Of a DNA stretch of 64,000 nucleotides, positions 47,858 through 60,131 are shown piece after piece (position 1 is the stretch's first letter; every line of letters starts with the position of its first letter). A model generated the notes under the pieces. The model was not told where the DNA came from. It saw only the letters and a list, made by a program, of their open reading frames with translations, and searched no databases. The position numbers were made by a program, and so were the translations under genes. Where the stretch lies: contig CP154954.1 in assembly GCA_039621445.1 (NCBI GenBank), positions 37,805,703 to 37,869,702 on the forward strand. The letters are read 5' to 3'. Origin of the DNA: Euglena gracilis. Its lineage: Eukaryota.

Positions 47858-50800
47858 TCGATGTTCAGCAATGCAGGTGGGGATTTTTTGTTTCAAATGT
47901 GACAGCTCGGATTACCAAGATTACATTTGAGAGAATAATGGATGGTATGCTGCATAGGAGCATTCTAAATGTCCTCCTCATGAAAAAATTTTGGCCTATT
48001 TTGACTTCAGCCGTTTTTTGGCCATTTTTAGGTCAAAAAGGTCGGAAAAAAATCCCCAAAGCAATGTTTTTTTTTTGGCCTCCCAGACCCGAAAAAACTG
48101 TTTTCAAGCAATGGTTTGAACAAGGCAAAAGAAAACCATTTATGTGCTGCACTCTAACATCACTGGCCTGCATTACAAACTTTTTGGCAATAGGACCCCC
48201 CGAAAATGTGATGCAAAACCACAGCAGGTTTCGATATAAAGAACATATACACCCTCACCTAAACAGTGGTGGCCTGGGTGGCCAATTTTTGGCCCAGCTC
48301 GAAGCGCCGGGCCGAAATTCTTCCCCCCATTCTGCCCCCCAACACATCCTCCGAAATTCCTCAACCTAAACCCCACACACCCTCCCTCCTTCTATCAGAA
48401 CCCTGAACACACACAAAAACGCACACAGAAAACTCAAATTCAGCTTTGCGCCTTTGGGAGGCGTGTTGGCAGCCCAAAAAAAAACGGAGTTCGGGGGTGG
48501 GGGGGGGTGATAGAGGGCTTCCAGAGGTACATTTGCTGACCGACAGTTTCGGAATTAATGTACGTTTTCTCGAGATATTTTTGACCGATTTTTGGACCTC
48601 AACTAAATGGGATAGTCGGAAGAGGACCCAGTTTGGACTTATTCGCGGGTGAATAACTCGGGCCTGGTGAGGAGTTGGGGATCAAACAGAGGTGATTTGG
48701 AAACTCGGGATCCAGTCTCTTGCGACTGAAGAATAAGATTTTGGGAACAGAGCCGGGGTCATGGTGATAATCCACCGCTTCCCGAGGTGGCCCCCAGGGG
48801 GTCATATTGTTCCTCGAAACATCGAAAAAATAATTGCCCCAAACCATGTGTTATGGCCTCCTGGACCAGGAAAAACTGTTTTGGCGCTGAAAATAAATGT
48901 TTTCGACCTCCAGTCAGGCGGTCCTGCCGAGCGCCGGGCTGCCAGGCTGGGTCGCCGGGCCGGGTCGGGCTGGGCCAGGCTGCCCTGACTGCCACACGCC
49001 CCAAACACCTGCTGCAGCATGGAACCATCGCACACGTGAAGAGCTCAGCACTACACAAAACCTGGTTATAGTGGGGGCCGTTGAGTTCTCGTCTCTTCTG
49101 AGTTAGAGCGAAGCTTACAACCGTTTTTTTCTTTTCAGTCGCAGGACACTGGATATCGAGTTTCCGAATCACCTCCATTTGACCCACAACTCCCCGCCAG
49201 GCCCGAGTTACTCACCCGCGAAGCGGTCCAAACTGGGTAGGATTGGCCCGCGCCCCCCCTCTTCTGGCTCTGCCATTTCGCCGGGGTTCAGAAATTGGTA
49301 AAAAAATCGATTTTTTTAAAAAAAACATATCTCGAGAAAACGTACATTATTTCTGGAAGTTGGCAACTTGGCGTACCGGCGGCCCGGCCCGGCCCGGCAC
49401 GGCCCAGCCTGCAGCCCGATCGCCCAGCCCAGAATTTTTTTGACCCGAATTTTTCTTTGCTTTTTTGAATTTGTTGACCCGAAAATGACCCAGAACACAG
49501 GGGGTGGTCGGACCTGCCCTCTCAACACGGAGGGGGGGGGGGGGCAGACCCGACCCCCCCTCCTACCTTGAAACTGAGGGGAGGCCGAAAATTTTTCGAT
49601 TTCATGATGGACAGGCAAAGGGCCGGAAATGGGGTCCAAATCGGTCAAAAATCCCTGATTTTTCTTTGAAAATTGATCCAAAAAATGTCATTTTTTGAAA
49701 TTTCTGAACATTTTTTGGGGGGGAAAACACCAACACATCCAAAAATGGACAATATGTCCAAAAGTCAGCAAAAGGGGCGTTTTTGCTCATTCTGCGCGCC
49801 GGAAGAAAATTTTCTGCTATTTTTGGCACCCATCAAGGAGGGTGGAGGGGGTCCGGACCCCCCTCCCAACATCTAGGAGGGGGGGGGGGGTCGGGACCCC
49901 CCTACCAACTACCTCAATACCGAAGGGCTTCCCTTCCATCCCTGCGGGCCGGGCGTGTTGGCAGCAAAAAAAAAAAAACGGCGTTCAGGGGGGGGGGGAT
50001 AGAGGGCCTCCAGGGAAACATTTGCTGATCGTCAACCAGAACAGCGCGGCAGGCTTCCAACTCATCCTTTCTGGCCGATTTCTGGGCCAAAAAAAAATAT
50101 CGATTTTGCTGATTTTTTTAAAAAATGGTGTGGAATCAAAGGAAATGACCGGAGACCCAATTGGAGCCCTAAAAATGCCCTGTCTAACAGTATTTTGATT
50201 TCCCCGTAACTTCTCGCCCAGCCCAAGTTTCGGCCCATTTTTTTTTGGCCAATTTTGGCCATTTTGTACAATTTTGGCCTATTTTGACTTCAGCCATTTT
50301 TGGCCATTTTTAGGTCAAAAAAGTCGGGGGAAAAAACCCCAAAACAATGTTTTTTTGGCCTCCCAGACCCGGAAAGACTGTTTCCAAGCAAAAATGAGTT
50401 TTTTTCGACCCCCCCCCCCGGGGCCCCATTTTCGACCCAAAACCCATGCGTTCTGGGTCATTTTCACGTCAAAAAAGTCCGGGGCCGGGCCAGGCCGACG
50501 GGCTGCCGGGTTGGGCCGCCCTGGCCACCACATGCCCCAAACAAATGCGGCATGGCACCATCGCACACGTTCAGAGCTCAGCACTACGCAAAACCTGGTT
50601 ATAGCTGGATGGGCGGGGTTATGGTGGGACGGGCGGGTTTATGGCTGTACAGTGACTTTGGGGTGGAAGAAATTTCTGACGATTGGTTTCTCTTTATTTG
50701 GCCAAATATAGAACCATATATTTGTCATTGGTGGGGGAGTTTCTTTAAAAAAAAACAATTTCAGAAAACTTGACGTGGCGCTAGGAAAGAGGATACGCAG

Positions 50801-50914
50801 TAGTTTAACCGGTGGGTGGGGGTCCAACTTTGTTACCAACTCCATTTTTGCATTTTTGCGCCCCAATGCGCACCTTTCCGTTGAATTTCGGATTTGGGCA
50901 AGAGTGAGGATTTG

Positions 50915-51115
50915 GATTAGGGTTAGGGTTAGGGTTTGGGGAAAAGGTTCGGGTGAAATCAGGCAGAAATTTGGGTCTCGATAAAGGCCGACATCAAGGT
51001 CTAAACTGGGCCAAAATTGGGCCAAACTGCATCATTCTCCTTGAACCCTAACCCGATTTCCGAACCCTAACCCTGACACTAAATTTAACCCTAACCCTAT
51101 TCTTCAACATTAACC
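50915..51115. repeat. Short degenerate TTAGGG and CCCTAA tracts in inverted arrangement
   Basis: (ttaggg)3 at 50917-50934; ccctaa copies at 51046-51098. Confidence 0.7.
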
Positions 51116-51711
51116 CCAGAAAAACCCCACTCGCGGAAAATATTTTATTTTAAATTTTTTTTGTATTCTTTCCACCCAAATTCAATTTCTGATGTGAAAT
51201 GGGTATTGGGCTTGTTTGACCAAATATTTGCCTGGACCAATATGCACTTTGTCGCTTTCGATTTTTTTCTTGCATCAAAGCAGTTTTTTTTATCACGACC
51301 TTTTTATCCTCCTCCTTTTGTAATTCCTGTTCTGTGTTCTTTTGATGGCTGCAGGTTCTTTGTGTCACTGGTTGCATGAACACCTCATCATTCATTTATT
51401 GGAAGCATCATCATGAAATCCATACTGAGGTTTGGAATACATCATGAACTTTAATATTGAATGGAAGTGGAGGGCAAGGGAGAAAAAATAAATAAATAAA
51501 TAAAAAGAACTAACATCCCTTACAAACAACAAATACAAAACCTTTCAAATGAAAAACCCCTGGCCTGGAACTTTGACCACCCCTTGCCACCTGTGAAGGA
51601 AATCAAACAAGGCGGGAAATTGTCAAATCCCTTGAAACGGCATATTTCGAACAAAATGATTGCCATACAATGAACATGCACACTGGGTGCTGCTTGACAA
51701 TGTCGCACCAA

Positions 51712-51878
51712 TTACTGTACTTGCACCTTGTTCATGGCTTTGACGAATTCAGTGAACTGCACCAGCCCATCGTTGTTGCTGTCATAGACCTCAAACAGCT
51801 GATTGACTTTGTCCTCAGTGAGCTTCACATCTGATGCTTTAGCTAATGCTAATCCAAACTCGCTCTTTGTTATCGCTC
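51712..51878 (-). CDS. Probable terminal exon of an EF-hand calcium-binding protein
   Basis: (G)AITKSEF..LTEDKVNQLFEVYDSNNDGLVQFTEFVKAM*: canonical DxNxDGxVxFxEF loop. A CAG acceptor ending at 51879 falls inside the preceding EF loop. Upstream exons were not found. Confidence 0.8.
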
Positions 51879-52768
51879 CTGATAGGCATGCGCATTTGGC
51901 AAAGCCAGCACACCCATCAACAAAGATCAACAAAAAATGAAATCCAAAAACCATCAGATGACGCTGATTGACATTTTTCAAAAAACGCCCAAATTTCCCC
52001 TTCATCCAAAGAAATTCAACCAAGTTTAACCGGGGGGGATAAGCACAAAACGGCAAACGGCCCCCCAAATATGCGCTAAAATACGCTGGAATATGGGCTA
52101 AATATGCGGGAAAATATGCGGAAATATGCGACTTTTCAAAAAAATTGGACCATATTTGGAAATGTTCAAATCATATCAACCCATTTTGGGTCATTTTGGG
52201 ACCATTTCTGCCCATAACTGGCCACAATCAGCTGTTCTTGGACCATTCGCCACCAGTTAGGGACGTTTTGGTGCCATTATAGACCAGTTTTGAGAACTTT
52301 TTAGGACAGTTTTGACTGGCCATTTTCGGTCATTTTCCGCAAACCTGGAGGACACTGCGATGGAAAATGGCCTAAATGACCAAAATGACAGCTGATTGCC
52401 CCCCCCCCAAAATTTTTGGCCAACAGTGACCAAAAATTACCAAAAAGGCCAACATTGATCCAAAATGACTGTGGCTCAGAATAACCCAACGTGAGCCAAA
52501 TTTGCCAAAAAAAAATCAAAAAATGGCCAAAAATAGCCCCCAAAACAAAAGCAAATAGAAAATAGCCTAAAATGGTTGCGCACATGTGGACATCGCCTGG
52601 ACAAAGTTTCAGCGACGGCCTCCAACATGGGCAGAGGGTCTGCATGGGGGGGGGGGGGGTCACCCAACAGCTTTTTTTCAGCCAGTCCAAATTTCCAGGC
52701 CTGAAGGACCTGGAGGACTCCTCTCTGGGAGGGTCCTTAAGCGACGCCCTGTTGGGTTGTTATGGGAC

Positions 52769-53027
52769 CAGGGGTTTTTTAAGACCGGGGGGGGTCCCCC
52801 CACCCACCCCCCCCCTGGGGGGGCCCCCCGGGGGGGGGGGGGGGGGGGACCCACAAAAAATGGCCGAAAAATCGCGAAAAGTGCTAAAAATAGCATTTTT
52901 CGGCGCCTGCGGCGCCGAAAAGTATATCCCACCCCCCTCCGGGGGTCCCCCCGAAGGGGGGGGGGGCTCGGCCGGACCCACCCACCCTACCCCCCCCCTC
53001 GGGGGTCCACGACTAAAAAAACCCCTG
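52769..53027. mobile_element. hAT-type MITE (259 bp)
   Basis: TIR caggggtttttt / aaaaaacccctg; perfect 8-bp TSD tatgggac. Confidence 0.92.
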
Positions 53028-56000
53028 TATGGGACACCCTTGAAATCATCGTCAAAACTTCCCGGGCGATAACGGCTGCGTTTTACGCACGCCCACCGCG
53101 GGCAAAATTGCGGCTATCCGCCCGCCGCCCTTCGCAACAGTTAGGTAAAGGATCGCCGACCTCTAGCCGGGGCAGAGCGCTCGTTTTTGGAACGCCGGCG
53201 CAGCCGATTTCGGCCGAAAATGGCCGAAACCGTCATGATGGACGTCATGAAAACGTCAAAATGGCCGAAAACGTCAAAATGATCGACATTTTTTCAAAAA
53301 ATGAACTCAAAAATTATTTTCAATTCCTGCTTCTCTGTTTCGCTGTTGAAAGAAATGGTGATGGAACAGGTACCTGAAAAATATGAATGTATTTAATCAT
53401 GGATGATTATTCATGCTTTTGACAGATTGACAAAATTGCAGAAAAATTTCGGTAAATTGTTATTGAGGGAACTGATTCTTCGAGAAGTTAACTTTTGCAT
53501 TCAATTTTTTTTCGAAAAAGCAAATTATATTTGCAACTGTTTATTCTCACTTTTCACTTTTGCCAAACACAAATAACACAAACTTTCAAAAAAAACCTTC
53601 TGAAAATAATTTAAAGAGAAACACTGTGACGGCAAGAGAAACTATCATTGAAAATTTTAAATTTTTTTTATATCTGTTACTTAAATGAAAATTTATGCTG
53701 AAGCCTTTCTCCCCGCTGAGAGAATCAATATTATTTGAAAAAAGCTCCCTAGAATCAATTTTGGGTTGGAGAAACAACCAAATTGGTGGTTTAACAACAG
53801 CCCCCCCTCCAGGTCCAACCTCAAAAAACCCGGATGACATTGTGGGGCCTTGCATCACTGCAGTGTGCTGGTGCATCGACACACAGCGCTCGTGCCATGG
53901 TGCATATGTGGCGCACAACAAACAATGGGATGCGGCCGGGATGCAGCCAGTCGCAAAAAAATTCCTTGGTGGTCGCGGCAGAAAGGAGTATTTTTCTGGT
54001 TACGGCAACTGCGAGCATCCATCAGGTGCCACAGGGCAGTTGGGGAGGACACATGGACTCATGTACACATTGGTTAATGACTGAAATTTGTCAGAGGGGT
54101 TAATGACTGAAATGGTGCTGAGGTGCTTTCAAACAGACAAAGCCGTCATTGAAAAATTGGCGTTGGCCACGAAGAGAGGTCTTTGGTGGCCGGGGTCGTG
54201 CACATGTGCACACGATTGGGGGGTCTCTGGGAAAGCTCGCATTTCTGAAAACGTGTTACACAGGAGTGTTAAACCTGATTGAGCTGCACACTGAAAACGT
54301 CCCACACTCTTGGTTCCCTTGGCTTACCCTGCTTCCCACACTCGGCTTATCCTGCTGCGGCTGGGGGTGTCTTCATCTGTTTTCCCAAACGCGCGCAGAT
54401 GCGTCCATCAGTGCATGCCAGGATCTGTAATATGGCAGGGATCGCGTATCTTCTCGCGCAAACAGGTACACACGCCGATTGACGCCAAAGGGTTTGGGTG
54501 TGGGTTGCCCTTCGCCCTGAAATGGTATTGTGCAGTGATTGATTGAGAGACGACATTTCAGGAATGTTTGCTTGAAATTAGTCAGACATCCCAGCATAAA
54601 AGCAGTGTAACGAGGCTATTTTCATTTTGACTCAGCTGCCCAGTGCTGTGACTGGGGACAGTGTCTGCCTCTTTGCTTTGTGCTTTTTGCCAGGGGTTCC
54701 AAAATTGGGGCCGTAAAGGGTGACTGGCGTCATCCAGCGCTGTCGCACACCACTGACCCCACTGCCATATCCATGTCCAAAATGGCCCTCCCCAGCCATT
54801 CTCCTGCGGCAGTGAAACCTCCCACACCTGTCACCTCGGCACCTTGCACAGCACACCCCATGTCTTGCACTTGTCTTGCCCGGCCACTGAAAGCTCCTCT
54901 TCTGCGTTGGACGCATGGCCCTCAGCCGCCAAAGCAAGCCTCCCATGTTGCAACTGTTAGTGTCGATCGGCTCATTGCGGGAAATCAGCCATGGATTTTT
55001 TTGTGGTTGCAGACGATATTCGCTCGCAACTAGGGCTCCGAGCAGGTTCCTGGGGGTGACAATCCTGGGGTCCCTGACAAGGTCGGCGTCACTTGGTCGG
55101 GCCGACCACTGGGGTCGATATCGACCAGCAGAAATTCGCTTCAACCCCAAGAGAGAGATGGGTGATTTCCTGATTTCATTTTTGCCAGCCGAGGTTTCAA
55201 ACACGAGCCATGACAACCCCTGTAACGTGACAAAACCGTGTCATTGGATGCACTTCTCGAGGTTCAAACCCCGAGACACTGTAGCCATGGGTAACACGTC
55301 CGAGGGTGGTGTCCGGCACAGTGTTTCGAACATGGGAAATTGAAGCATTTGGGCACGTCGTAAGTTCGCTCGCACATGCACCCAAACCGGCCAAAATCCT
55401 AAGTGTCACTCTGGCATTCTAAATAAAATGCCTTGAAATATGCCCTACATTTTTTGGCCAAAAATGCATTTAAATGCCTTGAGAAATTCATCATGATGCA
55501 GAGGAAAGATGAAATCACAAAATCTCGGCAAAAGCAGGCAAACTTCAGGGGGAAAAATTATTTCTGGCATCGCTGGTCTATCCACCTCAGGATCATCAAT
55601 CCACCTAAATAAAATTTTCAACTTTTTAACTTTGATTGGCATCGATTCGATCCCCAGAAAATGCCTTAAAAAATGCAAAAAAAATACCTTAAATGCCTTT
55701 GAAAAGTTAGAAAATGCCTGAAAATGCCTGACAAATCTACAATATTCTGCTTTAAAACTATGCCTCGTAAGTGAGCAACACTTAACAAGCTGTTGTTAAT
55801 ATTTGGGAGGTTTAAATCATTTTTCAGACAACTGTGCCAGGATGATGATGCTGATGATGATGAGCCCAAGTTGTTCTGAAAACCAGACTTGCTAGAACGA
55901 GCGGGGATGAGATAGAACAAGCGAATGGCCACTGCAGATCCCCCGAGGAGCTGCCAGACCTGTTTGCCAAAACTTGTCAACAATTTTGCTGTAAATTATG

Positions 56001-58151
56001 GGACGTAGATCGGTGAGCATCACTCTCAATTCTCCAAAATGATGTTGGAAAACGTTGACATTTTAAGATTCAGAAGAATCTGGGGAGTCAGCTTTGCCAA
56101 AAAAAAAATCTGATTTGCTTGTCTTCTTTCTGCCTTATTGTTGCCTTTTATCTTCCGAAGGTTTCAGTTATTTTTTTTAAAAAAAACCAGCAAGTTGAGC
56201 TGGAAAAGTATTGCACCACTGGATCAGAGGCATGCATCTTTTTTGCTGAGCCTGGATTCCATTCTTCCTAAACCAGTCAGCCACTTTTTTCCAGAAAACC
56301 AGTCAGTCACCCCGGCCCCGGGGGAGGGGGGGGGGTCTCCACTCTGGAATCCAAAGGAATTGACCACAAATGTGGAGAAAATGGACCAAAAATTATTTAG
56401 CGTGCCTTAGGCGCCTGGTCACTTTGGTGCCTTTCTTGCCGAACCTCAGGGAAGGTGGGAGTTTGGGCCAAAATCCAGTCAATCACTATATATACATATA
56501 TATATGCATATATACATATATATATAAACACACTCATTCACCCCCACCCCCAGCAGGGGGGGCAATGACTAAGGGTTTGCATTATCAGAGGCCAGTGGCT
56601 GGTGGCTGGCGGAAGGCTGGATACATCCCCACCAGGAGGGGAAGAGGTCTTCCAACACCTTTCCATGCATTTTGGTTGGGCCGAGAGGCACACCAGAACG
56701 AGAAGTGTTCAGGGCCAAGAAAGCATCCTTATTTGTGCCAAATCTGGATGATGTGAACCTTCGCAGGTCCTGGTGCAATCGGTTCAAAACACTTGGAGTG
56801 GTTGCAGAATGTGCATTTGACTTTGGGGGAAACAGACCAATACAAAGCAGAGATGTGTTTGATTAACAAGATTGTGGACAATTTCCACAACATAGATTTC
56901 TGCCATGCACATGGCGTGGAGGGAAACTGAGGCCAGAAATTTATTCAGGTGTTCGACACACATTTTGTGATTCCTTGTTCAACGTCACTTTCGTCCTCAT
57001 CATCAGCAACAAACAAACAATCCTGACTCAGCCTTGCACTATGCAACTCCAGCAAACTTCTAGGCGAGTGTACAAGACCGCCCAAATGGGGAGTTTACAT
57101 ATAAACCCCCCAAGTTATATACCCCAAAAATATGCCCCCCCCCCTGGCCCAGGACTTCGGCTGCTCAAAACAATACGCCCCCCTGCATCACCCCAAAGAA
57201 AGCAAAGAAAAAAAAAAAAAAAAAAATATCCTCCACGAGCAGCATATTTTGGCAAAAATGACTGTCCAAAGGTTCAACCCGTTCTTGTAAAGTCTCGTGG
57301 GACATTCTGTTTGAGTTGCTGGACGTCACACCATTGCTTCACCGCTTTGTTTTGTTTTCCCGGCAAGGTTCACGGCAAGCATTCTCACATTTCCGTTCCC
57401 TCAAGCATGCATTCCCTCCGAATTCATATGAGAATTTTTTCCACATTTTGGGTTCGGTGAATTTGGCAACCGAAAATGTGGTGTTCCCCCGTGACCCGAA
57501 CCACCCCCTGTGTATGTGACGCTTCTTTCCGCAGCTTCTGCAGATTCAAGTGCAAGAAATGACAATGCATCGAGATTGAGCAATTACCATGCTGGAACCT
57601 GGATGGAACCTGGTTTCGAAACGATTTGGAAGACGATGATGAAGATTTGGATGATGGATGATTATGAAGGTGATGTCTCTGAAAATGACAGTATCAAAAG
57701 TGTATTTGATTCAGCAAGGGAAAGCATGAGGTTTGTCGAAAATTGAAAACAACAGCCAATTTTGATTGTAACCGGTTTTTTTGAACCCCATTTTATTTTT
57801 GCCAATCAATGGGAACCAAAATCTTGTGAAATGTGACACAAAGCTGTTGAAGCAGCCCTCGGTGGGGACAATTGGATTGACAATTGGAAAAAATTTTTGG
57901 GGAATGCAAAAGGAAAACGGCAAATCGGTGCCGGATAACATACTGGATCATTTTTCCAGTGTGAGATTGAGGCAAGCGTTCCAGGAAAAGCCTCCCGAAA
58001 TTTGCACCGAAAAATTTGCACCGAAAAATTGCCAAAATTTCGCCATTCGGGGGGTGTTGAGCAGCAGTTGTTCCGGTGATAATTGGGTTTTTGGGGCCAG
58101 GGAACCCAGCCTGGTTCCAGTGCCAAACGGTAGACTGGGGGGGGTAGTGGG

Positions 58152-58553
58152 TAAACCCCCCCAAATAATACCCCCCCCCCCAAATAATACACGCCCCCCT
58201 TGGGGTCCCACTTCGGCCGCCAAAATAATACCCCCCCCCCGGTTTCGGGCCAAAGGCCCGGATTTTTGACCTGAAAATGTAGGTAAAAATCACAATTTCT
58301 GACAACAAATTACGAAAAAAATCAATTTTTCTGGCTCATCTGACCTCCAAAAAATGGTGAATTTCACAAGAAAGTGCAAAAAATGACCACAAAGGGGGGT
58401 TTTGGGTGCTATTTTGGGTTTTACAGGATTTCGAAAAAATTCGAAAAATCTGGGAAAAAATAATAATCCCCCCCCCAAATAATACCCCCCCCTCGGGCCG
58501 GGATTTCGGGCGAAAAAATAATGCCCTGGGGGGATATTATTTGGGGGTGTTTA
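58152..58553. mobile_element. MITE, same family as 7620-7986
   Basis: TIR taaaccccccaaataat / attatttgggggtgttta; possible TA target. Confidence 0.75.
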
Positions 58554-58844
58554 GTTGGCCGACTAGGTCTAGTCGGTAGCTCGTCAGCGAAACGGGGGGA
58601 GGGTAGTGGGTATTCGGCCGACTACCCATTCTAATGTGCAAAACCGCCGAATTTTAAGCCCCCTGAAAAAAATCACATCAACACCAGTCAAAGCCCACCC
58701 AAATGGCTCCAGAACTCCCCAATCGGTGGTGAATATGCAAAAAAAATTGCGGGGAAAATGTCCATTTTGGGCCACTTTTGGCAAAAGAACACCTCTCCCC
58801 ATTGGATTTTCAATATAAGTCAAAATTTGCATAAGAAGGATTTA

Positions 58845-59110
58845 GCCCTCCAAGTATATTGCCAACATAGAAGGGATTTTGTTATTTGAGGGGGGGGCGG
58901 AGCCCCTCCCCCCCCCCCCACCCCGCCTGTGCCAAAGTGAGCCACAAAAATGACTTAGCCCCCGAGTACGTTGCCAACATAGAAGGGATTTTGTTATTTG
59001 AAGGGGGGTGCGGGGGGGGGGGGCGGAGCCCCCCGCCAATGCCAAAGTGAGCCACAAAAACGACTTAGCCCCCGAGTATGTTGCCAACACAGAAGGGTTT
59101 TTGTTATTTG
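58845..59110. repeat. Three ~120-bp tandem units
   Basis: gccaacatagaagggattttgttatttga occurs three times. Confidence 0.8.
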
Positions 59111-59340
59111 AGGCTCGAATTGGGGTGGAGGGAGGTGTTTTCTGCCTCTCGTGATGCAGAATGCTTGCATTTCCCTAGGATTTCCATGTAATTCTTGTTT
59201 CATCATTGGTTTTTTACCCCTCCGGACGCCCATCAAGGGCCCACCGACCCCCACCGACCAAAGATTTCCATCTGAGGGTGTTTATGTTGGTGTAAGGCAC
59301 TTAATTGGACCCATCCGGACCATTTCCGGGAGATTTGGGC

Positions 59341-59634
59341 CAGGGTTTGATATAAGGAGGGCGTACATGGTTTAGGTGGGGGGGTGTCCCCCTCCTGGCC
59401 CGCAGGGGGGTCCGGACCACCCCCCCCCCCCCCACCTGCCAGGGGGGTCCAGACCGACCCTCTGGCGCTTTGCGCCGAAAATTTTTTGCATTTTTGGCAC
59501 ATTTTTGCCCAAAAAGTGCCCAAAATGGCATATATTTTGGGGAGTCAAATATTTTCGGTCACCCAGACCGCGCCACTGTTTAGGTGGGGGGTGTCCCCCC
59601 CACCCCCCCCCACCTGTTCTTATATCCAACCCTG
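59341..59634. mobile_element. hAT-type MITE (294 bp)
   Basis: TIR cagggtttgatataag / cttatatccaaccctg; perfect 8-bp TSD atttgggc. Confidence 0.92.
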
Positions 59635-59794
59635 ATTTGGGCCCGCCACAGACCATTTTTATGACCGCCAACTGGCCACCGATTAGTTTGCATACAATTT
59701 CCTTCATGGGGGGGTTTAAAAGTCGGCGGTTGACCCGTTGGTACATTAGAGAGGGTAATGGGCCAACTAGTCGGCCGACTACCGACAACCCTCC

Positions 59795-60131
59795 CAGACA
59801 ATTTTTTAAGCACTGTCCCCCCCCCCCCCCCCCGGGGTGACTGACTGGTTTTTTCAGAGTGACTGACTGGTTTTGGGTGGGGGGGGTCGGCCAGGGGTGG
59901 GCAAAAGTGGCTTGAGTGACCCCGGCGCCAAAGGCGCCGGGAAAATTTTTTTGGCCTAAAATGGCCCAAAGTGACTGGAAATTGGCCGTTTTTCTGAGTG
60001 GCTGACCCCCCCGGGGGGGAGGGGGGGTAGTGACTGACTGGCTTCCCAAAAAAAAAGTGACTGACTGGTTTTTCAAAAAGTGGAGTGACCCCCCCTCCCC
60101 CCCCTCCCGGGGGTCGGTAAAAAATTGTATG
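59795..60131. mobile_element. MITE with gtgactgactgg subterminal repeats
   Basis: TIR cagacaatttttt / aaaaaattgtatg; imperfect TSD. Confidence 0.65.

Noticed and set aside
35746-50800. Recurrent 60-170 aa ORFs; possible rDNA or snRNA tandem array
   Set aside because: ORFs change frame between near-identical units, and I recognise no rRNA, 5S, tRNA or spliced-leader sequence in the 2.1-kb unit.
51879-52068. N-terminal part of ORF 51712..52068
   Set aside because: It reads through a probable intron upstream of the CAG acceptor and has no EF-hand features.
52572-53377. Long Gly/Pro-rich ORFs
   Set aside because: They span a TSD-flanked MITE with G/C homopolymers and are open by composition only.
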